Positions 51,399 through 63,090 of a DNA stretch of 64,000 bases are shown here, piece by piece; the stretch's first letter is position 1, and each line of letters opens with the position of its first letter. Below the pieces are notes generated by a model, which saw only the letters and a program-made list of their open reading frames with translations, was not told the DNA's origin and searched no databases. The DNA is from Leucoraja ocellata (lineage: Eukaryota), in NCBI GenBank assembly GCA_036785375.1, contig JAWMAR010000552.1, forward strand, positions 620,001 through 684,000, given 5' to 3'. Position numbers and translations under genes: made by a program.

Positions 51399-51801
51399 AT
51401 TTTACTTCGGAGTCACGTGAGTGACTACGTGAAGAACCCGCTCAGCACGCATACGCGACATTCAGCGGCAGGCAGGAGTCTGGCGCTCCCGCTACAAGCC
51501 TGAAGGAGGAAGCTTTAGGTAAGTACTTACCTTCAGTTTTAACCAGCGACTAGCGTCTGTTTGTTGCTCCAGGTGGAGCAAAGCAGCAGACGCAAGTGGC
51601 TCCCGTTGGACTCCGGGGAAGGAGTGTTCCGTTCGCTGAAGGGGGAGAGACGCCACCAGGAGCGCACACGCTGCGGTCCACAAACAGGGAGCTGCGCCGG
51701 TGCCAGTCCAGACGCAAGCGGCCCCCCCCCTTGGACTCCGGGGAAGGAGCGTTCCGTTCGCGGAAAGGGGAGAGACGGCACCAGGACCGCACACGCTTTT
51801 T
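51399..51801 (+). mobile_element. CpG-rich fragment, possibly the 5' end of a DIRS-like tyrosine-recombinase retroelement
   Basis: Starts ttttacttcggagtcacgtgagtgactacgtgaag; two about 87-bp direct repeats (51588-51672, 51710-51797); DIRS assignment is from memory only. Confidence 0.4.
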
Positions 51802-52122
51802 GCATTAGACTGGAGAAAAAATATACTTTTGGACATCGTATAAATTGCACTAATGCTCCTGATATTCAATTACTCCTGATATTTCATTTTAAATTGTGAA
51901 GCTACAAAATGTAAATTCTGAGTAAATATGTGGTAACATTTTCTCGCAGATTTTCTTTAAAATTTCCCTGATGGCATAGCTGTGATCCATATCAACATGA
52001 CATATGACACAGTTGTTAAATGTTTCCCTGCTGATAATAATATTTTCCATGCTTGACATTTTTAAAGTGCTATTCCATTTCTTTGCCAATCACCATTGAT
52101 GCTTGTGACACCTCATGGCATG

Positions 52123-52354
52123 AAGATAGACACAGAAAGCTGGAGTAACTCAGCGGGACAGGCAGCATGTCTGGAGAGAAGGAATGGGTGACGTTTCGGG
52201 TCGAGACCCTTCATCCCTAGCCAGTCTGAAGAAGGGTCTAGACCCGAAACGTCACCCATTTTTTCTCTCCATAGATGCTACCTGGCCCGCTGAGCTACTC
52301 CAGTATTTTGTGTCTATCTTCGGATTAAACCAGCACCTGCAGTTCCTTCCTATG
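52123..52354. mobile_element. Palindromic Penelope pLTR pair
   Basis: About 90-bp inverted arms plus one-sided tail; 12-bp TSD cacctcatggca (52109-52120, 52355-52366). Confidence 0.88.
52226..52253 (+). ncRNA. Minimal hammerhead ribozyme motif
   Basis: CUGAAGA-A-GGGU CUAG ACCC-GAAAC-GUC; all core nucleotides present. Confidence 0.65.
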
Positions 52355-52770
52355 CACCTCATGGCACTGTCCCTTTAATGGTGAAGAGTTTGAATTGGTT
52401 CGGAAGCGAGTGCACTGCCACAGCTGGATCAGAAATCGATATCACCGCAATCGTTTAAGTGTCAACATTTAATTTGACATCAGCCTTCTCCCAGTTTCCA
52501 CTCTGTGAGAACCCTGTCATCTGTGCTGAGGAGTTGCTTTCTGATCTTGGGCTGTTTGATTTTCCACTGCTCCTGCAGAGAGCCCAGGCCAGGCTGTTCC
52601 CAGGCCAGCTGCTGCTGCTGCTTGATCAGGCAAGGTGCAGGTAAACATCACGCCCTTCGCAGCCTGGAGCCCTTCACAGTGAGCTGAGGTGATGCAAAAA
52701 AAAACTCCCCTTGCTCAGGAGAGTGGCACCCAGGGGTGCTTCTTGTACAGGAGACGCCCATTTCACATTT

Positions 52771-53092
52771 TTAGTTTAGTTTAGTTTAGTTTGGAGATAC
52801 CATGCAGAAACGTGCCCTTCGGTCCACCAAATCCGCGCTGACCTGCAATCCTGCACATTAACACTATCATACACAAACTGGGAACAATTTATATTTATAG
52901 AAAGCTAATTAACCTACAAACTTGTACGTCTTTTGAGTGTGGGAGGAAACCAAAGATCTCGGAGAAAACTCATGCAGGTCACGGGGAGAACGTACAAACT
53001 CCGTACAGACAGCACCCGTAGTTGAGATCAAACCCGGGTTTCTGGTGCGGAAAGTGCTGTAAGGCAGTAACTCTACCATTGCACCACCATGT
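52771..53092 (-). mobile_element. HE1-type V-SINE
   Basis: Full reverse-complement copy. Confidence 0.9.
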
Positions 53093-53201
53093 CATCTGAA
53101 GGGGTTACTATTCCAGACAACACGAAGACGGGATGTTATTCTCGGTGGCATTCCACTGCAATATAGAGACTTACAGCGTGGAAACAGGCCTTTCAGCCCA
53201 A

Positions 53202-53421
53202 ATTATTTAAGAAGGAACTGCAGATATTGGAAAATCTAAGGTAGACAAAAATGCTGGAGAAACTCAGAGGGTGAGGCAGCATCTATGGAAATAGGCAACG
53301 TTTCGGGTCAAAACCCTTCTTCAGTCTGATGTGAAGGGTTTTCGACCTGAAACGTTGCCTATTTCCTTCGCTCCATAGATGCTGCCTCACCCGCTGAGTT
53401 TCTCCAGCATTTTTGTCTACC
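53202..53421. mobile_element. Palindromic Penelope pLTR pair inserted in a CR1 tail (53165-53545)
   Basis: Inverted arms 53240-53324 and 53333-53421; 10-bp TSD ttcagcccaa (53192-53201, 53422-53431). Confidence 0.88.
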
Positions 53422-54102
53422 TTCAGCCCAACTTGCCCACACTGGCCAACATGTGCCATCTACACTAGTCCCACCGACCTGTATTTGGCCCATATTCCTC
53501 TCAGCCTGTCCTATCCATGTACCTGTCTAATGGTTTCTTAAACATAAGCATTCTTCTTCCTTAATTTCTTTGAGTTCTCTTGAGGAAACTTTAGAGCAGT
53601 ACCACAGATGGTTTAAAAAAGCAGGCTGTCAGTTCTTAATAGTCAACCACATGTGATAATATAAAATAATTTCACCCAACCAAAGTCAAGTGTTCCAATA
53701 CACCTGTCTCTTTCTCCACGCCCACCCTCTCTAACTCCTCCCCCTTACTTCATCTCCCCCTCTTTGTCCATCTCTCACACTTTGTCACCCCCCCCCCCCC
53801 CCCCCATATCTCATCACCCTCTCTTTTCCCACTCCTTTCCCAACCCCCTCTCTTTTCTGAGGATATTTTCTGCTTTTCACTTTCTTCTTGTGGGACTCAA
53901 GCAAACGTCCCCTCTGCATCTAAACCTCAAAAGTTATTGCTGATTTTTCAACATTAACAATTGACCAATGCAAATCATCCTTGCATGTGGAACAACTCCA
54001 AAAAAATGTCCAGATGCCAGAAATCTGAAACAAAAAAAGAGAAAAATGCAGCAAACACTTAGCGGGTCAGTCAGCATCTGTAGAAGGAGAAACTGTCAAT
54101 GA

Positions 54103-54258
54103 TGGGCGGCATGGTGGTGCAGTGGTAGAGTTGCTGCCTCACAGCGCTTGGTGTAAATGCAAATTGTCCCTAGTGTGTGTAGGATAGTGTTAGCGTGGTG
54201 GGACAGCTGGTCAGCATGGATTCAGTGGGCCTGTTTCGGCGCTGTATCTCTAAACTAG
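54103..54258 (+). mobile_element. HE1-type SINE with V domain deleted
   Basis: Head joins the tail directly at gcttgg (about 54146-54151), consistent with microhomology-mediated deletion. Confidence 0.8.
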
Positions 54259-54564
54259 ACACTGGTCTAGATCCCTTTATCAAATCTAGGAGAGAGAAAA
54301 AAATTGTGTCTTTTAAGTTGGGAAAAAAAAGTTTGAATAGTGGTGCATTAGCTAAAAGGAATATCTCAGATTCGATAGGTTGGAATTACTAGGAGCATTA
54401 CTAGCACATTAAGCAGCTTTACATGTATTTTTTTGCAAACAATGAGACACTGGGACATGTCCAACAAGCCAGACTACACAAATGGAATAAGAACAACTTA
54501 ACGCACATGACTACAGGCATAAATGGCCAGTTCTAATGCAAACAGAACAACAGTGAGTTACATA

Positions 54565-54780
54565 AGGTAAGATAATTCATTACTGAGTCTGGGAAGCAGC
54601 AATGTGCCTAGACAGTTTTTGAGGCATTGTTCTTCCAGCCTGTATTGGACTTCGTTGTCGTAATGCAGGAGGCCACGGGCTGAGAAGTCGGGGTGGGAAG
54701 TGGGGTGGTGACACTGGCAGACAACAGAAATCTCAGGGTCACTGCTGCAGACTGAATGCAAGTTCTCCACAGGATGCACA
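54565..54780 (-). mobile_element. Very degenerate Penelope endonuclease remnant
   Basis: ENLHSVC...GLLHYDNEVQYRLEEQCLKNCLGTL parallels QHLRSVR...GLLHDQSEVHRKLEEQHLIFCLGSL. Confidence 0.65.
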
Positions 54781-55415
54781 GAATTTGCTTTTCACATATT
54801 TAATGACTTTCCCTTTTCTGGACTTGAGGGCAGACCAAGAATTGTGGTCCGGGGGACAACATGAGTAAACCAGTTGTCGTTACTCGCCCTCCATCATTGT
54901 ATCAAGTATAATGACCCAACTGTTTTATCCACACTTTTGTTATCTCCTATCAATCATGCATCAGCCAGCTCCTATTTTTCACCCATCATTATCGGAAGTT
55001 CATCCAACACGTTCCCGATGGAGCAAAGATTCTTCTGCATTGGCGTTGAACTATTATTACTTACGATTCAACCATGTCTTTTTCTGTGAATTTTGTTATT
55101 TAAAGGAAGAGTTTTCCATTTCCTGATCAATTGTGTTCATTATTTTAAAATATCGTAACTACCTAATTTCCTTGGAGGTACAAGTCCACGGATGCTGGAA
55201 TCTGTCGCAAGAATTGTAGAGCTGCTTGAGGAACTCCATTTGCCAGGCAGCATCTGTGGAGGGAGATGGACAATCATGGACAGCAGTCCTCTTCTTGTTG
55301 CTATCCTCAGGTATGGGGTACAGAAGTCTGAGGTCCCACACCACCATCTTCAGGAACACCTCCTTTCCTACAGCCAAGCATTTTGATGAAGTGTGCTTTG
55401 ATGCAGCGACCATAC

Positions 55416-56195
55416 CAAGGGTGGAAATCGCTTTTAAAACATGGGGGGGGGGAAACAATGAGACCTGACATCTAGGACAAGGGTCGGCAACCTACAGCCC
55501 ATGGGCCGGATCTGGCCCGTAACCCAAAATCATCCGGCCCACAGGCCTATTTCATTTCAATTCGTTTTCGCATCTTGGAATCTGCAGCCAGTCCTGGGGC
55601 ACGCAGGCAAACTGGGCGCTACAGCCAGACCTGGGGCAAGTAAACCAACCTGGGAACAGCAGCCAGTCCCTGGGCGCGCAGGCGACCTGGGAACTGCAGG
55701 TCCTTTGGCCCATTGTTTCCGTGCCAACCAGCACCATCCGTACACTATCACCATCCAACACACTAGGGACAATTTACAATTTACCGAAGCACTCAGCCTA
55801 CAAACCAGCACGCCTTTGGAGTATGGGGCAGGCGAGCCGACCTGGGTGTTACAGCCAGTCCCGGGGCAGGTGAAGTAACCTGGGTGTTACAGCCAGTCCC
55901 GGGGCAGGTGAAGCAACCTGGGTGCTGCAGCCAGTTCTGGGGCAGGCAAACTGACCTGGGAACTGCAGCTAGTCCCAGGCTGCTAGATTCTGGGAACTAA
56001 CAGTCTCCAACTGGAATCGACCTGAGGGCTCCGGTCGCAGAGCCTGTGGACCTACCATCACGGAGCTGGCTGACTTCGGAGGCTGTGGTGGCAGTTTTGC
56101 AGCAACATGTTTCATAAAACATGGGGGTGATTGTCCCCCTCCTCTCAAAGCATGGGGTTAACAGCCCCCTGCCCTCCCCAGGATTTCAGCCCAAG
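55416..56195. mobile_element. Composite hAT-like relic with Charlie-type end, SINE fragment and 38-bp tandem repeat
   Basis: caagggtcggcaacctacagccc...ggccggatctggccc at 55478 after atctagga; HE1 tail at 55695-55825; tandem units from 55841; loose outer inverted ends, no TSD. Confidence 0.45.
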
Positions 56196-56369
56196 TCTGA
56201 GAGAGGTAGCGCATACTATTATGCAGTAATAAATATGAAAATACATTCAGAAATTCCATAAGATACATTTTTTGTGCCAATACTGATCAGCATCTATTTT
56301 CTCATAAAAATATAATTTTTAAATGATGAACCAAGAACTAAGACTTAAAAATGTTGAAATAAGAACAAT

Positions 56370-56568
56370 GGGGACCCGGGTGTGGGGGGAACCGCCATGA
56401 GGGAGGGTAGGGGGTGAGAACATAGGGAGACCTGGCGCTGAGGTACTTTGTAACTTTGTAAGCGCCCTTTATGGGTGACTATTTGCATTCCTTGGGTATG
56501 CAAGCTAAGAATTTCAATGTGACTTGTTACATGTGACAATAAAGTATTCAATTCAATTCAATTCAATT
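56370..56568 (+). mobile_element. Retroposon 3' end, unclassified
   Basis: gtgacaataaagt followed by (ATTCA)4. Confidence 0.55.
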
Positions 56569-57535
56569 TGGTTATGAGGTTCACTATGTTGTATGTAATT
56601 ATTATTCTATCTAGCCCACAGGACCCTTCTAATTTCACTTGTTAAATCTTTGACAATATTTAGTCCTTAACTCGGGTAACCTTGGCTCTGTCAATAAATA
56701 TGAGATTTCCAACTTAGCCTTAATAATCAGGAGATATGGAAACAGCGATTGGCCGTGAGTGTCGGAAAGGTTACAAATTCTGTTTTCCATACCAACATAA
56801 TCCTATTCAATTATTGCCTTCTAACGTCATGGAAATTTGCAACGTAGTTTCCTCATGGAAAAAAAAAGTTCAAAGGAATATGTTATATAACGTTCACATA
56901 TATTATGTTCATTGTCCTTCAAAGGCCCCTCCAACTACCAGAACATTAATAAACTGTTCTTAATGGACAGTACAAGATCTAAAATAGCCAAAAGGACAAA
57001 GTACTGGAGTAGGTCAGCAGGTCAGGCAGCAGCCCTGGAGAATATGGATAGGTGACGTTTCGGTTTGTGACCCTTCTAAAATTGCCGTTTTATTTTATTT
57101 ATTTGCACCTCTTTCACTAATTTATACTTTGACTACATTACTACTAGTCTCTAGGACTGGTGTACAACTCCCACCATTTGTTTCTGCCTCTTATTACTAC
57201 TTAGCTCCACTCAAAGTATTTTTTAAGCTAAGATACTTCCTTTCCATTGACAACACTTTTTTTCATATCAAGGCTGTATCTCTAAACTAAACTAAACTAA
57301 ACTTGTGAGAATAAACTGGGGAATTCAAGCAAAACGTCCTTACCCATAATGATGATGACGTGAAATATGCTACTAGAAGGAGAGAATGAGGCAAGTAAAA
57401 TGTACAAGAGTACATTTAGGAGTTAGGTAGATTAGGGGTTTCAAGGAATAGACTGATGGGGTAAGGTATGAGGGGTATTGAGGAGTAGATGTGGAGTTTC
57501 AAGGAATAGGCTGATGGGGTAAGGTATTAGATGAG

Positions 57536-57800
57536 AAGACACCAAGGTGCTGGAAAAACCAGAATGAAGAAGGGTCCCAATCCAATATGTCACCTACTCA
57601 TGTTGGCTCGATATGCTGCCTGACCTGTTAAGTTATTCCAGCACTTTGTGTGTAGGGAGGAACTGCAGATGCTGGTTTAAACTGAAGACAGACACAAAAG
57701 GCTGGAATAACTCAGTGGGTCAAGCAGCATCTCTGGAGAAAAGGAATAGGTGATGTTTCAGGTTGAAGAATGGTATCTGCAGTTTGTTGTTTCTAGATAC
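57536..57800. mobile_element. Rearranged Penelope pLTR cluster
   Basis: Forward and reverse pLTR pieces; flanking tagatgag repeat (57528-57535, 57801-57808). Confidence 0.7.
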
Positions 57801-57978
57801 TAGATGAGTTGTGTTCATTTTCCTTTGTTGTTTGGTTATTGTACCCAATTAACTAAAAACAATTACTTGGCTTTTTTTTTGCTGCTTCTAAAGTGTTTCA
57901 GCAAAGTTGGTGTTGCAATGATTGCTTCCATACAGCATGATGAGAAATATTTCTGAACAAAGTGAATTGGTTGGTGTT

Positions 57979-58006
57979 AGCAGCAGCAGCAGCAGCAGCA
58001 GCAGCA
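57979..58006. repeat. (AGC)9 microsatellite
   Basis: Read directly. Confidence 0.95.
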
Positions 58007-58479
58007 ATCTAACATAACTTGTGAGCAGTTGCTTTCACTTGCCTGAGGTAATGAATATAAATTGGGCATTTTAATTGTTGGGATTATGATATAGTAGCTC
58101 GTGTTTATCAAATACAAATTGCCAATGACAATAAACTACACTACTGCTAATAAATCAAGAAGAACCTGTCTCTGAAAGTTGGCATCCTTATAGTGGGCAA
58201 CATTTAAATCTGTAAGAAAAAATTGGAATCCATTTTGTACTTTGTGAAATTACTACAAAGTATAGTTATGAACTATTCAAGTCAGAGAAGGGCAGGAGAA
58301 TGGGGTTAAGATGGAGAGATAGATCAGCCATGATTGAATGGCGGAATAGACTTGATGGACCAAATGGCCTAATTCCGATCCTATCACTTATGAACTAGTG
58401 AACGTGAATTTACAACCTAATTTTGTGGTGAAATACCTTCTGATTTTAACTGCATATAAATGCCACAAATCAATAAATA

Positions 58480-59495
58480 CAGGTGCACAACCTTTTATCC
58501 GGTGTTCCGGAAACCGAAAAACTCCGAAAACCGGCCATTTTCCCCCAGGATGTCGTCTGCACACCAAAGCTCGCGTTTGGCGCCAAACTTCACCCGAAAC
58601 GACCCACGGTCAACCCAGGTCTGTACTACTGTAACGGCTGCCTCCTCCCCGGAGACCGGGGAGACACTTAAACATCTGTAAATCATTGCTTAAATGTTAG
58701 TCAGTTAGTTTGGAGGGCTTTTGTGTGAAGGGGGGGTTGAAGGGGTAAACTTTAATTCTTAGTCCCCTACCTGGTCGGAGAGGCGGGGAGCGGTCAATGC
58801 CTTACCGGGTCGCCGTGCAGTAAACTCCGCAGCTCTGTGGCCGCCAACTCCCAGCAGGGGCTGCGGGCTGCGCCGGTTGTAGCTCCGACCCCGGCAACTC
58901 TACCCCTGGCTGCGAGGCGCTCCAAATCCAGCGCCGCGTGCAGCTCCAGCTCCGCAAATGTTGGGAGTCGGCGGCGTCGCAGCGCTGGGATACCAGCGGG
59001 GAGCGGGCAATGCCTTACCGGGGCGCTGTGTGGTAAGCTCCAGGGCGCTGAGCCCGCCTTCTCCCAACATTCGCGGAGCTGGGACGGCGGGCGTCCGACC
59101 GTGGGCGGCGCTGGATTTGGAGCGCCTCGCAGCCAGGGGAAGAGTTGCCGGGGTCGGAGCTACAACCGGCGCCGCCCGCGGCCGGACGGAGCCCCCAGCT
59201 CCGCGATGTTGGGAGTCGCCGACCAGGTAGGGGACTAAGAATTAAAGTTTCCCCCTTCACCCACCCACCCCACCACCACCACATAAAATCCCTCCAAACT
59301 ACCTGACTAACATTTATGCAATGATTTACAATGATTCCCCGGTCTCCGGGGAGGAGGCAATCGCTCCAGACTTTTCAAGCCGCCCGCGCTACCTACCTAA
59401 TCTACGCTAAAAATCTTCCATTCGGAAATCCGAAAATGTCCGAAATCCGACAAGTGTCTGGTCCCAAGGCTTTCGGATAAAAGGTTGTGCACCTG
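58480..59495. mobile_element. Tc1/mariner (Tigger/pogo-like) non-autonomous foldback element
   Basis: Perfect 22-bp TIR caggtgcacaaccttttatccg; TA on both flanks; long internal inverted repeats; CpG-rich. Confidence 0.9.
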
Positions 59496-60109
59496 TAGTT
59501 AATATAACAACAAAACCGGGCACTCTGCCTCTTTTGACGTCTGACTATTCCTTTCTTGGTACCACAAATGAACTAAATGCAGCTCAACAGGATATTGATT
59601 GCTTATATTACACTGATTGAATGTCTGAACCATTTGGCTAAACCATTTGGTGTTGACAACATGTGGTCAGAACTATTAAAGAAATAGATACAATAATAAA
59701 TGTAAAGAAATGTAGTGCAAGCTGTCGGCTGGCGCAAATCGGCTCATTTATGTGCAGAGATATTCACTGGGGCAGGAAAAGTTTATTCATTAATTAAAAA
59801 ATTAGTTGTACACATTTAACACGTTTTACAAATATTGACAGTAATTGAAGGCTGCATTGAAACTACACCACAGATTGCAGAGTATGTCTAATTCTGCTGA
59901 AAGTTGAGGGTGCCACTTCACAGCTGAGGTATTTTTATAGCCTAAGAAGCAATCAGCTCTTGGTAGAATGAAATAGCAGCATTTTATTGAAACGCACGAA
60001 TGTGAGGTTTTTTTTAAACACATTTTGTTACTGCCATGTGTTGGGTCGCTGTTCAGCAATCTCGGATTGGTGTAGTTAACACAGACTTGCTGACATCAAC
60101 TCATATCCT

Positions 60110-60370
60110 TGAGTATGAATTTAGTTTATTGTCACATGTACCAAGGTACAGTGAAAAGCTTTTGTTGCGTGCTAACCAGTCAGTGGAAAGAAAATACATG
60201 ATTACAATTGAGCCATCCAAAGTGTACATACTGTATACATGATAAAGGGAATAACATTAATACAATTTAGCACAAAGTCCAGCAAAGTCCGATCAATGAT
60301 GGTCCAAGGGTCTCCAATGAGGTAGATATTAACTGAGGACTGCTCTCTAGTTGTTGGTAGAATGGTTCAA
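60110..60370 (-). mobile_element. Rex1-like LINE 3' UTR
   Basis: agtttattgtcacatgtaccaaggtacagtgaaaagc tail, related to 5705-5750 and 20935-20975. Confidence 0.6.
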
Positions 60371-60533
60371 GTTACGTGCCATGTTTTTTTATATTCAAGT
60401 TTACTATTGATTTTAGGTTTGACAAGATGAAGATAGAGAAAAAAGAATAGGTAACATAGTCTTGCTCAAAAGTCAAGCATCTATCCTTCTCATTTTCTCA
60501 TTACATTAAAATATCCCTGTGTCTGAGACTTAT

Positions 60534-60839
60534 CATAGAAACATAAAAAATAGGTGCAGGAGTAGGCCATTCGGCCCATCGAGCCTGCACCTCCATTCAA
60601 TATGATCATGGCTGATCATCCAACTCAGTATCCTGTACCTGCCTTCTCACCATACCCCCTGATCCCTTTAGCCACAAGGGCCACATCTAACTCCCTCTTA
60701 AATATAGCCAATGAACTGGCCTCAACTACTTTCTGTGGCAAAGAATTCCAGAGATTCATCACTCTCTGTGTGAAAAATGTTTTCCTCATCTCGGTCCTGA
60801 AATATTTCCCCCTTATCCTTAAACTGTGACCCCTTGTCC
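60534..60839 (-). mobile_element. CR1 (HER1-like) 3' end
   Basis: Near-identical to 2092-2405 and 35919-36236. Confidence 0.92.
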
Positions 60840-60859
60840 ACACTCAATTGCTTTGTTCA

Positions 60860-60984
60860 GTGTGTAGGGAGTGGATGCGAAAGTGGGATAACATAGACCT
60901 AGTGTGATTGGGTGATTGCTAGTTGGCGTGGACTTGTTAGGCCAAGAGGGCTGTTTCCATGCTGTATCTCTAAAACTGAAACTG
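60860..60984 (+). mobile_element. HE1-type SINE 3' part
   Basis: ctgtttccatgctgtatctctaaaact tail. Confidence 0.7.
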
Positions 60985-61049
60985 GTTTCAATGTATTTCT
61001 AATGGAAAAATCAATGTCTTGGGTGGATGTAATTGTTCTCCCTTTCTTT

Positions 61050-61405
61050 TCATAAGTTGTAGGAGCAGAATTAGGCCATTCGGAACATCAAGTCCATTCA
61101 GCCTTTTAATCATGGCTAATTTATCTTTCCCTCCCAACCCCATTCTCCTGCCTTGTCCCCATAACCCCTGACACCATACTAATCAAGAATTTATCTTTCT
61201 CCACCTTAAAAATATCCATTGACTTGGCCCCCACAGGCTTCAGTGGAAATAAATTCCATAGATACACCACCCTCTGACTAAATAAATTCCTCCTCATCTT
61301 CTTAAAGGTACATCCTTTTATTCTGTGGCTATGGCCTCTGGCCCAAGACTCTCCCACTAGTGGCAACATCCTCTCCACATCCGCTCTATCCAGGCCTTTC
61401 ACAAT
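61050..61405 (-). mobile_element. CR1 3' end
   Basis: ORF 61121-61402 KGLDRADVERMLPLVGE...RVVYLWNL. Confidence 0.88.
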
Positions 61406-62004
61406 TCATAAAGCTATTGGAATCCTGGCCAAAATTAAATATTTTTTTGTCATCATGAGCAAGCAGAGACAATGGGCAGCAGAGGGAGAATCAGTTAAGC
61501 CAGGTGATATTGTCAGACCTAAACATACAATATCCTTTAGCATAAACCAGGTACTGTCACTGACTGGGCAATTTTCAATGCACAAGGCTGCATTCTCACC
61601 TGAAGGTGGGGAGGATAGAAATTGGCCATGATTTCTACATGTGGTTCACGTGACATTTATGGCACATTTCCATTTGATATTGTCAAGCTAATAGAACAAT
61701 GCATTCTCATTTTTCAAGGCACGCATAAGCAGACGGAAATTGTTATGAATGATGTGCGGGCTGCAAACAAATGTGAATAGAAAGGCAGAGGAAATAGTTA
61801 AAAAAATTTAAATAAAATATGGAATTATAAACAATAGAATAGAATAATTTATGTGTAAATGCAAACAACATTAATAAATCTTGCTAACTTGCCATAAATG
61901 CATTAGGATTGTACATATTTTACTTTGAATTCAGTGTCTTGGCAAGTAAAATCAAATATTCCACATCAAAGCCATGAGTTATAAAATGAGTTAAAGTAAT
62001 CGAA

Positions 62005-63090
62005 CCATATAGCATGTAAACAGGCCTTTCGGCCTAACTTGGCCTTGCCAACCATCATGCCCCATCTACACTAGTCCCACCTTCCTGTATTTAGCCCATA
62101 TCCCTCTACTCCTATCCTATCCATGTACCTGTGTACATTTCTTAAATGTTGTGATAGTACCTACCTCAGCTACCTCTTCCGGCAGCTCATTTCATATACC
62201 TACCTCTCTTTGTGTGCAAAAAAAAGTTGCCCCTATTAAATCTTCCTTCAATGTCCTCCGTTCCCGATTCGCTTATTCTAGGTAAAAGACTCTGTGCATT
62301 TACCCTAACTTTCCTCTCATGCGTTTATACACCTCTATAAGATCACTCCTCATCCTCCTGCTGTCCAAGAACTAAGTTCTTGTCTGCACAACCTCTCCCA
62401 ATAGCTCAGGCTCTCAAGTCCTGGCAACATCCTCATAAATCTTTTCTGCACCCTTCCCTTTTCTGGTAAAATAGGTAAAGGGGAACCAGTAGATAAGAAG
62501 TACTTGGAGTTTCGGAACACTTTTGGTTGTAAAAATTAAGTTGAAATGAGGGTCATTGAAAAGTAGTTGAGGGACAAAAAAGGAAGTAAAGGAGCCCTCT
62601 CTGTGTTCTAAAAACTTATCCCCCACATCTTCTTATCTTAAAGCTATGCTTTCTAATCTGACATCTCCACCCTGTGAAAAAGGTTCTGATTGCCTACCCA
62701 ATCAGTGCCTCTCATAATTCTATATACTTCTAGCAGTTCTCCCTTCAACCTCTACACTCCAAAGAAAACAACCCGAGTTTGTCTAACCTCTCCTTATGAG
62801 CTAATGCCCTCCAATCCAGGCAGCGTTCTGGTAATCCACATCTGCATCTTTTCCAATCTACATCTGTCCCATAATGGGATGACCAGAACTGCAAACAATA
62901 CTCTAAATATGGCCTAACCAAACCTATAAAGATGCAACATGACTTCTGGATTTTTATACTCAATGCCTCGACTGATTTAAGGCAAACATAACATAGGTCT
63001 TCTTTACGACCCTGTCATTTGCTGTTGACATTTTTCGGGAGCTATGGACTTGGAATCCAAGATCTCGTTGTACCTCAATGCTATTAAGTA
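62005..63090 (-). mobile_element. Two CR1 3' fragments (62005-62457, about 62595-63090)
   Basis: LVRPYLEYCLQFWS, ERLDKLGLFSLE; CR1 3' UTR at 62005-62150. Confidence 0.8.

Noticed and set aside
57427-57530. Two copies of a 46-bp sequence with 58-bp period
   Set aside because: Simple diverged tandem duplication with no further structure
57979-58006. (CAG)n as a possible polyglutamine exon
   Set aside because: Flanked by stops and not within any ORF or splice frame I could support
58837-59284. GC-rich ORFs suggesting a gene promoter or first exon
   Set aside because: Entirely within a TIR/TA-bounded foldback transposon
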